Shown: one piece after another, positions 18,327 to 27,737 of the stretch | Position numbering within the stretch: the stretch's first letter is position 1 | How the letters are laid out: the number at the start of each line of letters is the position of its first letter | NCBI GenBank assembly: GCA_964565685.1 | Contig: CAZMFR010000001.1 | Location: 36,376-100,375 of the forward strand | DNA: 64,000 nucleotides | Direction: 5' to 3' | DNA from: an uncultured Candidatus Saccharibacteria bacterium | GTDB taxonomy: Bacteria; Patescibacteriota; Minisyncoccia; Phycocordibacterales; PALSA-1337 | Made by a program: the position numbers and the translations under genes | Notes under the pieces: generated by a model | Told to the model about the DNA's origin: nothing | The model's database searches: none | What the model saw: only the letters and a program-made list of their open reading frames with translations

Positions 18327-19292
18327 TTATTTCACTTCCGTCCTCCACTCCTTGTATTCTCTGCTCGTGCCTTTTTGCGCAGCGAGATATTTTTCAGCTA
18401 TATCCGAGACAAAAGAATTCTTTTTCCCGGCGCCATTTTTTCCGGCTCTATCATTGCCATTTCCGACAGGTCTCTTGTCTATCGAGAGTATCGGCACGAT
18501 GCGCGCTGACGAGCCGCAAATAAACGCCTCATCGGCTATGTAAAGCTCGGTGCGATCCACCTGGCGCTCTTCAATCTCGATCCCGAGATCTTTGGCTATC
18601 GCGATGATGCTGTTGCGAGTGATGCCTTCCAGAATATCTGACGAAACAGAAGGTGTAATCAGTTTGCCATTGCGCGCGAGAAAAAGATTCGCCACCGTGC
18701 CTTCGGTGACATGACCGGAGTGGTCGAGGGCGATGGCATCGTCATAGCCGTTCTGCAAGGCCTCATTTTTCATCAAACAGTTGCTGACGTATGCTCCGTT
18801 GACCTTTGCGCGATTAGGAACTGAATCATCTGGATTGTGCCGCCATGACGACACGCAGACGTTGATGCCTTTTGGATCGAGTATCTTTCCGAGCGGATAG
18901 ACGAAAGCGCTCAGAGAAACCGGCAAGCCGGTGATCTTTGTGCCGGCGATGACGGCATCGATAAAAACAGAGACACGGACCAGAGCGTCTTCCTGGATCT
19001 TGTTTTTACGCACGAGCTCCAGCATGGTCTTCTCGAACTTTTCGTACGGCCATTTTTTTTCGAACGAATCGAAACCCATTATTTTGGCCGAATTGACGAG
19101 CCGATTGTAATGATCGAGGAGGCGAAAAGCATACAGCTTGCCATCTGTTTCGTTCCAATTTAGGCTAAAAACCGTGTAAACAGCGAGACCGTACAAGACC
19201 GGCGATGAAGCGATGCTAAGGTTTGCTTCCTTGAACGGCACAAATGAATCGCGCATGAATGAGATACCGTTCTCATAGTTGAATTTGCTCAT
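18327..19292 (-). CDS. ilvE: class IV (branched-chain / D-amino-acid) aminotransferase
   Basis: 321 aa. Contains the EGTVANLFLARNGKLITP motif (E..x..N-hydrophobic-F) typical of the BCAT fold and a conserved Lys region. Confidence 0.7.
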   Translation of the reverse strand: MSKFNYENGISFMRDSFVPFKEANLSIASSPVLYGLAVYTVFSLNWNETDGKLYAFRLLDHYNRLVNSAKIMGFDSFEKKWPYEKFEKTMLELVRKNKIQEDALVRVSVFIDAVIAGTKITGLPVSLSAFVYPLGKILDPKGINVCVSSWRHNPDDSVPNRAKVNGAYVSNCLMKNEALQNGYDDAIALDHSGHVTEGTVANLFLARNGKLITPSVSSDILEGITRNSIIAIAKDLGIEIEERQVDRTELYIADEAFICGSSARIVPILSIDKRPVGNGNDRAGKNGAGKKNSFVSDIAEKYLAAQKGTSREYKEWRTEVK

Positions 19293-19321
19293 AAAAAATA
19301 GTGTAGCACCTTTTCAACTAT

Positions 19322-19350
19322 AAAAAAAGCTGCCCCGCGAACAGGCAGCT
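19322..19350 (-). terminator. terminator-like hairpin
   Basis: AGCTGCC-CCGCGAACA-GGCAGCT preceded by AAAAAAA on the plus strand, which reads as a T-run on the minus strand. Confidence 0.4.
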
Positions 19351-19417
19351 TGTGCAAACTATTTTAAAGTAAAGAAAATTATGTGCTATACTTTTTCAAG
19401 AAAAAGAAAGGAAAATT

Positions 19418-19666
19418 ATGACAGAAAATGAGTTTGTCAGGACGTGTTGTGTTCCTGGTTGTGGCAGAAAGATCACCAACTGCAGCGGATTCGTCGTCGG
19501 AAGAGACATCCTTGCGGCGATGCAAGGAAAAACCAAGGAAGTGCCGCGCGAACTTTGTGGGCGTTGCGGTGTTCTTGCGCTCTTTATGCCTCAACTATTC
19601 TACGCAATCTTCGATCTTCATGACCAAATAAAATGCCTGAAACAACTCCAACCGGCCTCCTCGTGA
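19418..19666 (+). CDS. small Cys-rich (zinc-ribbon-like) protein, hypothetical
   Basis: 82 aa with CCVPGC...C and CGRCG. A clean terminator hairpin follows at 19654-19679. Low confidence. Confidence 0.3.
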   Translation: MTENEFVRTCCVPGCGRKITNCSGFVVGRDILAAMQGKTKEVPRELCGRCGVLALFMPQLFYAIFDLHDQIKCLKQLQPASS

Positions 19667-19679
19667 GGCCGTCTTTTTT
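19654..19679 (+). terminator. rho-independent terminator
   Basis: GGCCTC-CTCGT-GAGGCC followed by GTCTTTTTTA. Confidence 0.55.
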
Positions 19680-19734
19680 ATCCAACAAAAGGTGACAGCT
19701 TGGTAAAATCGTGGTTTCTTGCTACAATATCCAC

Positions 19735-20961
19735 ATGGCAGAAAAAGCCGAAAAAACAAAGAAATTGTCGACCGAACCGTACAAAGGCGTGCGGGATTTT
19801 TATCCTGCAGACATGGCGATTCAGAATTTTATTTTCGACACATGGAAGAAGACCGCAGAGAGCTTTGGTTACGAGGAATACGGCGCGTCCGTGCTCGAGC
19901 CGGCGGAATTGTTTCGAAACAAGACAAGCGAAGAAATAGTCAATCAACAGACTTATACCTTTACCGACCGAGGCGATCGAGAGGTGACGCTACGCCCTGA
20001 AATAACGCCTTCGTTGGCGCGCATGGTCGCCGCCAGAAGGCGGGAATTGATATTTCCCCTGCGCTGGTACTCCATTCCGAATCTCTACAGATATGAGCAA
20101 CCCCAGCGCGGCCGTGTCCGAGAATTCTGGCAATTTAACATCGACCTGTTCGGCGTCGACTCGATCGAGGCAGATATCGAGGTCATTTCCCTTGCTTATC
20201 AAGCGATGAAGGATTTCGGAGCAAAAGACATGGATTTCGAGATACTATTGAACAGCCGAGCGCTTTTGGAAAAAATATTTGAAGGAAAACTAAAGGATAC
20301 AGCCGATCTCTCAAAAGCCATCAGGATCCTCGACCGCCGCGAAAAGATGAAGCCGAGCGAATTCGATGCGGCGATGGAAGAAATCACAGATAGCCCAGTG
20401 GATCTGTCTATTTCACCAAACGAAGAAATCGACAAGATTCTCGCCAGTTTGAAGAATCTTGGAATAACCAATGTGCGCTTCGACCCGACTCTCGCTCGCG
20501 GTTTCGACTATTACACCGGCATCGTCTTCGAGATCTACGACACCAATCCAGAAAACCGTCGCGCGCTGTTTGGCGGCGGGCGATATGACGACCTCATTTC
20601 CCTCTTTGGTGGCGACAAGATTCCGGCTGTCGGCTTCGGCATGGGAGACGTCGGGATAAGGAATTTCCTCGAGACTCGCGGCCTTCTTCCAAAGGCAAAA
20701 GCACCGGCTGATTATTATGTCTGCGTCATGAGTCGAGAAGAATCTGCTTTCGCAGAAAAGATCGCCAACGACCTGCGCAAAAATCCGTCATCTGGCGGAT
20801 CACGCGTCGCTGTCGATTTTACCTACAAAAAGATCGGCGACCAGATAAAATCCGCCGACAAGCGCGGCATTCAAAATGTCATTGTCATAGGTCAAGAAGA
20901 GGCAAAGAGCGGCAAAATAAAAGTAAAGGATCTAAAGACAGGAGAAGAAAGGGCTCTATAA
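19735..20961 (+). CDS. hisS: histidine--tRNA ligase
   Basis: Class II aaRS motif 2 YRYEQPQRGRVREFWQFNIDLFG, the HisRS signature. Roughly 408 aa with a C-terminal anticodon-binding domain. The start is at the ATG giving MAEKAEK. Confidence 0.85.
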   Translation: MAEKAEKTKKLSTEPYKGVRDFYPADMAIQNFIFDTWKKTAESFGYEEYGASVLEPAELFRNKTSEEIVNQQTYTFTDRGDREVTLRPEITPSLARMVAARRRELIFPLRWYSIPNLYRYEQPQRGRVREFWQFNIDLFGVDSIEADIEVISLAYQAMKDFGAKDMDFEILLNSRALLEKIFEGKLKDTADLSKAIRILDRREKMKPSEFDAAMEEITDSPVDLSISPNEEIDKILASLKNLGITNVRFDPTLARGFDYYTGIVFEIYDTNPENRRALFGGGRYDDLISLFGGDKIPAVGFGMGDVGIRNFLETRGLLPKAKAPADYYVCVMSREESAFAEKIANDLRKNPSSGGSRVAVDFTYKKIGDQIKSADKRGIQNVIVIGQEEAKSGKIKVKDLKTGEERAL

Positions 20962-20997
20962 AAAGCACGCCAACAACTGAACCACATCACAAATCCA

Positions 20998-21026
20998 TTG
21001 CGCACTGCAAAGCGCAGGGGTTTTTG
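20998..21026 (+). terminator. terminator-like hairpin at a convergent junction
   Basis: TTGCGCA-CTGCAAA-GCGCAGGGGTTTTTG. Confidence 0.45.
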
Positions 21027-21046
21027 TTGCCTGAAATTCAGGACGC

Positions 21047-22621
21047 CTAGACGATCGGCAAAATTATGGTAAACGTCGAGCCCTTGTCCTCGCCTTCTGA
21101 ATATACCTCTATCTTGCCATTATGATGGTTGATGATGGAGCGCGCGAGCGACAATCCAATGCCAAATCCTTCCGTATCGGCTGATTGAGCGTTCTTTGTA
21201 CGATAGAAACGCGAGAATATCCTGGACAATTCTTCGCGTTTGATGCCAATGCCGGTATCTGTCACAGAGACTAGGGCTTTGCGACCAGAACGCGTCAGAG
21301 ATACGGTCACCTTGCCGCCATTTGGAGTATAGTTTCTGCTGTTTTCGAGAAGAGTCTGGATGACAAACACCATCCGATTTCTGTCCACTGTCGTGATGAT
21401 ATCAGAGGCAGGATATTCGGCGGAAAACGATACGCCCTTCCCCTTGAATCTCGAGACGAACGGATCGGCCGCTTCTTTGACCAGATCCGTCAGTGAGCTT
21501 TTTTCCATCTTGTACATGGAGTCGATATTATTGTCCGCATCGGCGAGATCGATGAGCATGCCGGTCAGATTGACGAGCTTCTCATTCGATTCTTCTATCT
21601 GCTTTAGATTGATGCGCTTTTCCGGATCTTTCTCGGCTAGGAGAAGCTCGCTGGCCGCCCACTTGCTCTCTGTCAGAGGAGTGCGGAATTTGTGGGCAAT
21701 GACAGTAATAAATTCGTATTTTAGGATATCGTCATCGCGCAATCTGCGCCAAACCAGCACACCTAATAGCACGGCGATAAAAGCCAACAGCAACGGCATT
21801 ATCCAGAATGGGAATCCGGGGTATGCACCCTCTATCGATTGATTAAAGGAATTGAATAATATGATCAAGGTGCCAACAGTGGCCACTGCAACGCCATATA
21901 CAAACGCCCTCTTGGCGACTATTTTGATATCCAAAAGATCATATTTGACCACCGCATAGCTAAATGGCAAGAGGAATAGAACAGCCGAGAAAATACCCCA
22001 AGTAGGATCGATTGGGATATTGAAGATGAGAAGGACAGGGATTATGCCGAATATCCAACCAAAAGAAAGCGATATGGCGAAATATAGAATACGGTTCTTT
22101 TCGATATTATCGGACGAATGCCTGAACGCCTTGACGAGCTCATAGACGAAATATATCGGCACTATCAGTTGAAACACTACCCTGCTGACCCAATATAGAT
22201 CGCCCGGCACGTAATAGTTCGGGAAATACATCTTTGGGATCGACGGTAGCAGAAATGTCTGCGGAAAGAGCACGTAGAATAGAGCCAAGCCGAAACCGAT
22301 GACATAGATAAATATTATCATGTAGCGTTTTTCCTTTTCCTTGTGGAGAGCGGCCATGACGCAATGAAAATTGAAGACCGATATGAATATGACGCTGATA
22401 TTGCCCATCAATATATCGCGAGATAATAACGGATCGTTGACGCTCACTCCAACGACATGCGTGACCAGAAATCCGATGAATGCTACAGCCGTCAGGGCAA
22501 GCGTCCAATTGGCTGTCTTCTTTATATTATTGAAAAGAAGGAATATGACGAGGCACAAGAGCGAAATAGCCGAAAAGACGCCAAAGATATTGTGGATTAT
22601 GAGATGGATATTATCTGCCAT
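21047..22621 (-). CDS. sensor histidine kinase with polytopic N-terminal membrane domain (no adjacent response regulator)
   Basis: Roughly 9-10 TM helices. H-box AHKFRTPL, N-box NSRNYTP, G-boxes DTGIGI and GFGIGLSLA. Confidence 0.8.
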   Translation of the reverse strand: MADNIHLIIHNIFGVFSAISLLCLVIFLLFNNIKKTANWTLALTAVAFIGFLVTHVVGVSVNDPLLSRDILMGNISVIFISVFNFHCVMAALHKEKEKRYMIIFIYVIGFGLALFYVLFPQTFLLPSIPKMYFPNYYVPGDLYWVSRVVFQLIVPIYFVYELVKAFRHSSDNIEKNRILYFAISLSFGWIFGIIPVLLIFNIPIDPTWGIFSAVLFLLPFSYAVVKYDLLDIKIVAKRAFVYGVAVATVGTLIILFNSFNQSIEGAYPGFPFWIMPLLLAFIAVLLGVLVWRRLRDDDILKYEFITVIAHKFRTPLTESKWAASELLLAEKDPEKRINLKQIEESNEKLVNLTGMLIDLADADNNIDSMYKMEKSSLTDLVKEAADPFVSRFKGKGVSFSAEYPASDIITTVDRNRMVFVIQTLLENSRNYTPNGGKVTVSLTRSGRKALVSVTDTGIGIKREELSRIFSRFYRTKNAQSADTEGFGIGLSLARSIINHHNGKIEVYSEGEDKGSTFTIILPIV

Positions 22622-22685
22622 AGCACGTCATTATTATATCACGTCTTTCTTGCCCCATTGCGACATCTCGCTTACAATATATTCC

Positions 22686-23261
22686 ATGCGCATAGTCACT
22701 TTCGATATCGAAACAAAGAACATCTTTCAGGATGTCGGTTCCTCTGACCCGGCGGCTTTGGATGTATCGGTGGTCGGCGTGCATGATTCGGAGACTGGCG
22801 AATACACCGGCTTCCTTGAAAAAGACTTTTCGAAAATGTGGCCGCTATTCGAGAAAGCAGATGCGATAGTGAGCTTCAATGGCGAACATTTCGACATCCC
22901 TATCTTGAACAAGTACTATAGCGGCAACCTGTCGAATATAAAAAGCATAGATCTGATGTTGGCAGTACAAAAGGTCCTAGGAAGAAGGATCAAGCTGGAC
23001 ACCTTGGCAGAGGCGACGCTAGGCAAGAAAAAGAGCGGCAATGGCCTCGAAGCAGTGACATGGTGGCGTAACGGCGAAGTGGAAAAAGTGATGAATTATT
23101 GTCTCGATGACGTGCGCGTCACCCGCGGATTGTTTGAATATATGCGCGACAACAAGTCGGTCAAATATCGTGAGCAGGGCGTCATAAAGGAGCTAAAAAT
23201 AGACACATCCGGTTGGGACGACGCGCCAAAATCGGCTATGAATTTTTCTTTGCCGTTCTAG
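22686..23261 (+). CDS. RNase H-like fold 3'-5' exonuclease family protein
   Basis: FDIET (Exo I-like DxE), SFNGEHFD and CLDDV motifs in a 192-aa protein. The start is set at the ATG giving MRIVTFDIET. The upstream extension in the ORF track overlaps the kinase gene. Confidence 0.55.
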   Translation: MRIVTFDIETKNIFQDVGSSDPAALDVSVVGVHDSETGEYTGFLEKDFSKMWPLFEKADAIVSFNGEHFDIPILNKYYSGNLSNIKSIDLMLAVQKVLGRRIKLDTLAEATLGKKKSGNGLEAVTWWRNGEVEKVMNYCLDDVRVTRGLFEYMRDNKSVKYREQGVIKELKIDTSGWDDAPKSAMNFSLPF

Positions 23262-23384
23262 AAGAAGCCGAAGGTTAAAAGCAGAAAGCATAAAGTCCGG
23301 AATGCTTGTACCTCTTTCTACTTTATACTTTCTGCTTTATACTTATCTATGTGATATACTTTATCCGAGTAATAAAATAAAATC

Positions 23385-24200
23385 ATGGAACCAAACCAAG
23401 ATCCTCGCCCACAGCAAATCCTCACCGTCCCCATGGCCATCGTTTTGGCCGCAGTCATTATCGGCGGAGTCCTCCTGTATATGTACCGTCCAGCGGCCAC
23501 CACACAACAGGCAGTGAATAGCCAAGCCGCTCCTTCGGTCACCGTCCCAGATACCAGTGCTCTCCCACCAGTCACCGCCGCCGACCATATCCTCGGAAAC
23601 CCGAACGCGCCGATAAAGATCGTCGAATACTCGGATCCTTCTTGTCCGTATTGCAAAATGTTTCAGGCAACCATGCTCCAGATCATGCAGAATTATGGCG
23701 CCTCCGGAAAGGTGGCTTGGGTCTATCGACAATTCCCTCTCAACAAACCGGACCAGAACGGCAATATTTTGCATCCGAATGCCGGCATACAGGCAAATGC
23801 TTTTGAATGCGCAGCATCTGTCGGCGGCAATGCAGGTTTCTGGGCTTATGAAAAAGACTGGTACAGCACTTTTCCACAGGACGGCGCTGACGAAACCTCT
23901 ATCGTAGATAACCAGCAGATAATACAGACAGCAAAAGACATCAAGCTCGACACGAATGCGTTCAATAATTGCGTTCTCGGCGACAAGTTCGCCTCTACGA
24001 TCAACCAAATGTACGCATCCGGTCTCTCTCTCGGCATCGACGGCACGCCAACTTCATATATTGTGACCTCAACCGGCCAGCCGATCGCCATTCAGGGCGC
24101 ACAATCCTACGCGACACTCTCGGCCGCTATCGATGCGATTTTGGCGGATCAAGGGCAAGGGGGAACAGCTTCGACAGCTTCGACAACTTCGACACAGTAA
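23385..24200 (+). CDS. DsbA-like thiol:disulfide oxidoreductase (membrane-anchored thioredoxin fold)
   Basis: N-terminal TM helix. CPYC active site in SDPSCPYCKMFQ. The C-terminal T/S/A-rich tail is encoded by a 9-bp tandem repeat. Confidence 0.7.
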   Translation: MEPNQDPRPQQILTVPMAIVLAAVIIGGVLLYMYRPAATTQQAVNSQAAPSVTVPDTSALPPVTAADHILGNPNAPIKIVEYSDPSCPYCKMFQATMLQIMQNYGASGKVAWVYRQFPLNKPDQNGNILHPNAGIQANAFECAASVGGNAGFWAYEKDWYSTFPQDGADETSIVDNQQIIQTAKDIKLDTNAFNNCVLGDKFASTINQMYASGLSLGIDGTPTSYIVTSTGQPIAIQGAQSYATLSAAIDAILADQGQGGTASTASTTSTQ

Positions 24201-24203
24201 TTC

Positions 24204-24225
24204 GTACAAGGGCTTCCCTTGAACT
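24204..24225. repeat. palindromic hairpin element (degenerate copy): GTACAAGGGCTTCCCTTGAAC
   Basis: Inverted repeat CAAGGG-CTT-CCCTTG. Intergenic, between the convergent dsbA-like and helicase genes. Confidence 0.7.
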
Positions 24226-24230
24226 ATGTT

Positions 24231-24252
24231 TGTACAAGGTAGCACCTTGTAC
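24231..24252. repeat. palindromic hairpin element: TGTACAAGGTAGCACCTTGTAC
   Basis: Perfect 10-bp arms with a 3-nt centre, followed by TTTTTTA at 24266-24271. Intergenic. Confidence 0.85.
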
Positions 24253-24271
24253 TGGAAACGACGGGTATTTT

Positions 24272-27200
24272 TTAGTCGAAGCTTACTTTGGCCAATCCGC
24301 ACCATTCGCAATCTGGATCATCGCATCTGCTTGACACAAGCCCACCGGACCAGACGCTGTCGATGACGCTTTGGATCTGCTCTTTTACTTTTTCTATATC
24401 CTCATGAGCTATCGGCAAGGAAACGATCGGACAGCGGCCTTTTTTATCCGGCGAGATGAAGACGAGCGCAGGCGTGATCTTTTTACCCCTCCAGCGCGGC
24501 TCGTCGTCTAGCAATATGCGATAGAACACGAGCTGACGAAAATAATCGCCGGTTGAATTTTTCGTCTCCCCTTTTATCTCGTTCACCGACATACCCTCGC
24601 GCGTTTTATAGTCAAAAACCTGGATCTCGTTTCCTGCATCGATGATCGCATCTAGCTTGCCGTGGAGCGGAATCTCGACTAGATCGAGGGATACCATCGT
24701 TGTCCGAGGGCTTCCATTTTGTCCAAGGGTAGCCCTTGGAGTTGTATCAAAAACCGTCTTGACCCATCTTTCGGTAAATATGGCCGCCTGCCGGCCGACA
24801 GCAAAATGCGACTCGAGGGCTTTTGCAACAGCCGGCGCGTCCTCGAACAGGTCTTTCTTGACCGATTCTTTTTCCTCCGCGGCAAGAAAAGACGTATCCA
24901 GATATTCCGCCGCTTTTTCCAAGATGACATCTTGGATATGCGATGCGGTCCGATCGCCTTCTTTCCAAATCGAAGAAATCGCATAATGCATGGCCGTGCC
25001 CTTTTCAGCCGCCGGCGAAGGCGCTTGCGGCAGTTTTAGAATGCTCAAATAAAGGAATTTATTCGGACATTCGAGAAAATGGTTCAAGGCCGTGACAGAA
25101 AGGCCGTTTTCAAGGAGAACCTGTTTGGCGATGGCAGTCATCTTGTTCGAGATCGGATCTCGAACTTTGATTTGTCCAAGGTCCGATCTTGGCAATTCCG
25201 CTTCAAACCTCGGCAAAGACGCCGCCGCGACGCTTTTTGGATCGAGCTCGGCGATAAATCGAAGCGGCGTCAGAGATTTGCCGTCGCTTTCCTCTAGAGC
25301 GGTCAGAATGACCGCATGCTTCTTGGCACGAGTCAGGGCGACGTAGAATAATCGCCGCGTATCGCGAATATCGTTGCCGCTCGCGCTCTTTTCTGGCAAA
25401 ACAAAAGATGCGCCTCGTGTCCGGCCGATCCACGCTTCTTCGGTGGCGTACGGCATGAAAACATAGTCGAATTCTAGCCCTTTAGAACCATGAGCCGTCA
25501 TAGCCGAGATCGACAAGTCTGGCGCACCGACGGATACCTTCACTGTCTTTGACTCGGCCGATTGGCGATACACGAGCATTGCCTTTATCAGGTCGAGCGG
25601 GCTCTGTATATTCCCTTCTCGCGCGAGCGATTCGGCAAGAGCAATGATGCCGCGCCACACATGAATAGCCGCCGGATCGCGACTGGCGATAGTAGAGAAT
25701 CCGGATGACTCGGCGGCGTGTATTAGAAAGGCGACAGCGCTGTCTTCTTGCATCTTTCTTTGCAAGCGGACGAGTGACGGAATTTTGTTTATCCAAGGGC
25801 TACCCTTGGACTGATTTTCCAAGGGTAGCCCTTGGAACTGACCGCTTCTCAAAGACTTTATCAGGGGAATCGCTTCGTCGATCGAGATTCCCCACATTCC
25901 AGCCGCAATCGTCTTTGCAAGGCAATCCGTCCGCGTGTAGTCAGCCAGAAACTCCATCAGATCAAAAAATAGCGCCCCGACGGAATGATGGAATATATCG
26001 ACACTTCTCTCCGATGAAACCGGTATATGATTCGATTCGAGGAGCCGGATGATGCGCTCTAGATCGCGATTGCGGCGAGTGATGACGGCGACAGTGGCTG
26101 TTGGCTCCTCTTTTAAGATCGTTTCGAGCCCAACAACTAGATATCTTTCGATAGCCGAGACGTTCTCACCAGTGACTACATCGAGCTTGCGCAGTCCTTC
26201 TCCATCTTTCCTTTTTTCTTCCTGTCTGTCGGCAGGCATGGCTTTGCTTCTCTGCTTGCCTTTATCGCCCGCTGTAAGTCTAACCCTCAAATCCTTGTGC
26301 TCGTCGCCTTCATAATTGTTCTCTATCATGGCAAAGCTGGCATCTAGAATGCCTTGATGCGATCGATAATTCGTATCGAGCGATATGACCTGCATGGTCG
26401 GCCAACGCTTTTGCAAGGTCAAGAAATTTTCGACAGAAGCGCCCTGGAACCGATAGATCGCCTGTTTTTCATCTCCAACAATGAATATGTTCGGTGTTTC
26501 AAAGAATTCAGCGATAGTGGCGACGATGAAATTCTGGGCATCGTTCGTGTCCTGATGCTCGTCCACGAGAAGATATAGAAATCTCTCCTGGATAAGCCGT
26601 AAAAACAGCTCATCGTTGCGCAAGGCGACGAGAAGCTCGATGAGAAGATCATTGAAATCCATCTTCTTCTGCTCGCGCTTGTCCTTTTCATATTTTTCAT
26701 AAATTTGGGAAAAGAGGACGGTGCGGCCGCACTTCTCTATGCGTTCTTGCGCTTCTGCTTTCAGCTTGCCCTTCGTAATGCCGCGCGTCGAGATAGAATC
26801 ATCGTCTTTTTTGATCCTTTCGGTCTCTTTTTCAGCGAATTTGCGCACCATTTCCGGAGTTTGCGCTTCCCTCTTTGCATTATCTATAGCGCGCATAATA
26901 GCAGATATGTATGCATCCGGCTTGCCAGTCGGACGAAGCTCTCTAAATTCCGGCTTGGAGATTATCGAGCGGATCAGAGACTCCTGTTCGACATCGCTCA
27001 TATGCGCCATGCCATCGAGATGCAGGAAGTGATCTGGATACTCGGCGATCATCGCCGCGGCAAAGCTATGAAAAGTATGGATCGCGATCTCGTGCGCGCG
27101 ATTGCCGATTATTTCGCGAAGCTTTGCGCGCATGGCCTTGACACCAGCATCGGTGTACGTAATAGCCAAGATCCCAGACGGTGGCGTATCCGTCCTCTTC

Positions 27201-27349
27201 AAGATATTAGCGATACGCAAAGTCAATATTGTGGTCTTGCCAGTGCCAGGACCGGCTATGACCATTACGGGACCGTCGATGGCGTCGACGGCTTTTTTTT
27301 GCGCCGGATTTAGCGATTTGTATTTCTGGTCAAAAGTTTGCGTATTCAT
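24272..27349 (-). CDS. UvrD/PcrA-type superfamily-1 DNA helicase fused to a C-terminal PD-(D/E)xK (Cas4/AddB-like, Cys-cluster) nuclease domain
   Basis: N-terminus LNPAQKKAVDAIDGPVMVIAGPGTGKTT (Walker A). Helicase motifs run through roughly residue 700. The C-terminus has a QVFDYKT (D-x-K) nuclease motif and a CDDPDCEWCGLAK cysteine cluster. The gene contains at least 5 in-frame copies of the palindromic element. Confidence 0.75.
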   Translation of the reverse strand: MNTQTFDQKYKSLNPAQKKAVDAIDGPVMVIAGPGTGKTTILTLRIANILKRTDTPPSGILAITYTDAGVKAMRAKLREIIGNRAHEIAIHTFHSFAAAMIAEYPDHFLHLDGMAHMSDVEQESLIRSIISKPEFRELRPTGKPDAYISAIMRAIDNAKREAQTPEMVRKFAEKETERIKKDDDSISTRGITKGKLKAEAQERIEKCGRTVLFSQIYEKYEKDKREQKKMDFNDLLIELLVALRNDELFLRLIQERFLYLLVDEHQDTNDAQNFIVATIAEFFETPNIFIVGDEKQAIYRFQGASVENFLTLQKRWPTMQVISLDTNYRSHQGILDASFAMIENNYEGDEHKDLRVRLTAGDKGKQRSKAMPADRQEEKRKDGEGLRKLDVVTGENVSAIERYLVVGLETILKEEPTATVAVITRRNRDLERIIRLLESNHIPVSSERSVDIFHHSVGALFFDLMEFLADYTRTDCLAKTIAAGMWGISIDEAIPLIKSLRSGQFQGLPLENQSKGSPWINKIPSLVRLQRKMQEDSAVAFLIHAAESSGFSTIASRDPAAIHVWRGIIALAESLAREGNIQSPLDLIKAMLVYRQSAESKTVKVSVGAPDLSISAMTAHGSKGLEFDYVFMPYATEEAWIGRTRGASFVLPEKSASGNDIRDTRRLFYVALTRAKKHAVILTALEESDGKSLTPLRFIAELDPKSVAAASLPRFEAELPRSDLGQIKVRDPISNKMTAIAKQVLLENGLSVTALNHFLECPNKFLYLSILKLPQAPSPAAEKGTAMHYAISSIWKEGDRTASHIQDVILEKAAEYLDTSFLAAEEKESVKKDLFEDAPAVAKALESHFAVGRQAAIFTERWVKTVFDTTPRATLGQNGSPRTTMVSLDLVEIPLHGKLDAIIDAGNEIQVFDYKTREGMSVNEIKGETKNSTGDYFRQLVFYRILLDDEPRWRGKKITPALVFISPDKKGRCPIVSLPIAHEDIEKVKEQIQSVIDSVWSGGLVSSRCDDPDCEWCGLAKVSFD
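24720..24741. repeat. palindromic hairpin element inside the helicase CDS: TGTCCAAGGGTAGCCCTTGGAG
   Basis: Encodes TPRATLGQ in frame. An adjacent degenerate copy, GTCCGAGGGCTTCCATT, lies at 24702-24718. Confidence 0.8.
25173..25195. repeat. palindromic element variant inside the helicase CDS: TGTCCAAGGTCCGATCTTGGCAA
   Basis: CCAAG...CTTGG arms. The neighbouring perfect palindrome CGAGATCGGATCTCG lies at 25148-25162. Confidence 0.7.
25791..25839. repeat. two tandem palindromic elements in opposite centre orientation inside the helicase CDS
   Basis: ATCCAAGGGCTACCCTTGGACT, then 4 nt, then TTCCAAGGGTAGCCCTTGGAACT. Translated in frame as FQGLPLENQSKGSPW. Confidence 0.85.
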
Positions 27350-27737
27350 AAAAAGATAGTAGTATCATACCAGAAATTATGAGCATGATACTTACACTTA
27401 CAAAAAGCGACTGGAAAGAAGAAGTCCGATCGTCTGGCTTGCCAGAGAGAACGCGCGAGCTTCTCGCCTCGGCGCTCCATGCAAAAATGACAGGCAAACA
27501 ACGATTCTCCCCGCGCATATCCGATGAGGAGTTTGAAAACATGATATCACGCCAAGTGATATTCATACGGCTTGGATCTAGGGGATTTATAGTGACAAAA
27601 AGGCGTTGCAAAAATGGGCAATTGCTCGTTTTGCAAGAAGAGACTTGACCAACCACGGCGCGGAATCCTATTCTGCGCCTTTTTATATATTTGCCAATGC
27701 GACCTTTTGGTGGCACTATATGTCAATGACAGCGTAT

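Noticed and set aside
22371-22685. N-terminal 105-aa extension of the exonuclease ORF
   Set aside because: It overlaps the 5' end of the histidine kinase gene on the other strand and encodes a hydrophobic artefact. The start was moved to the ATG at 22686 (MRIVTFDIET).
23318-24091. Minus-strand ORFs (112, 215 and 81 aa) overlapping the DsbA-like gene
   Set aside because: They are antisense to a gene with a clear CPYC thioredoxin motif and signal anchor. They have no motifs of their own.
24642-26052. Plus-strand ORFs inside the helicase gene containing CPRVALG / KGYPWT peptides
   Set aside because: These are produced by the palindromic elements, which read similarly on both strands. The helicase frame is the real one.
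27379-27648. 89-aa plus-strand ORF between the helicase start and the pilin gene
   Set aside because: It has no motif and sits in a divergent promoter gap. It could be a real small protein, but the evidence is too weak to annotate.
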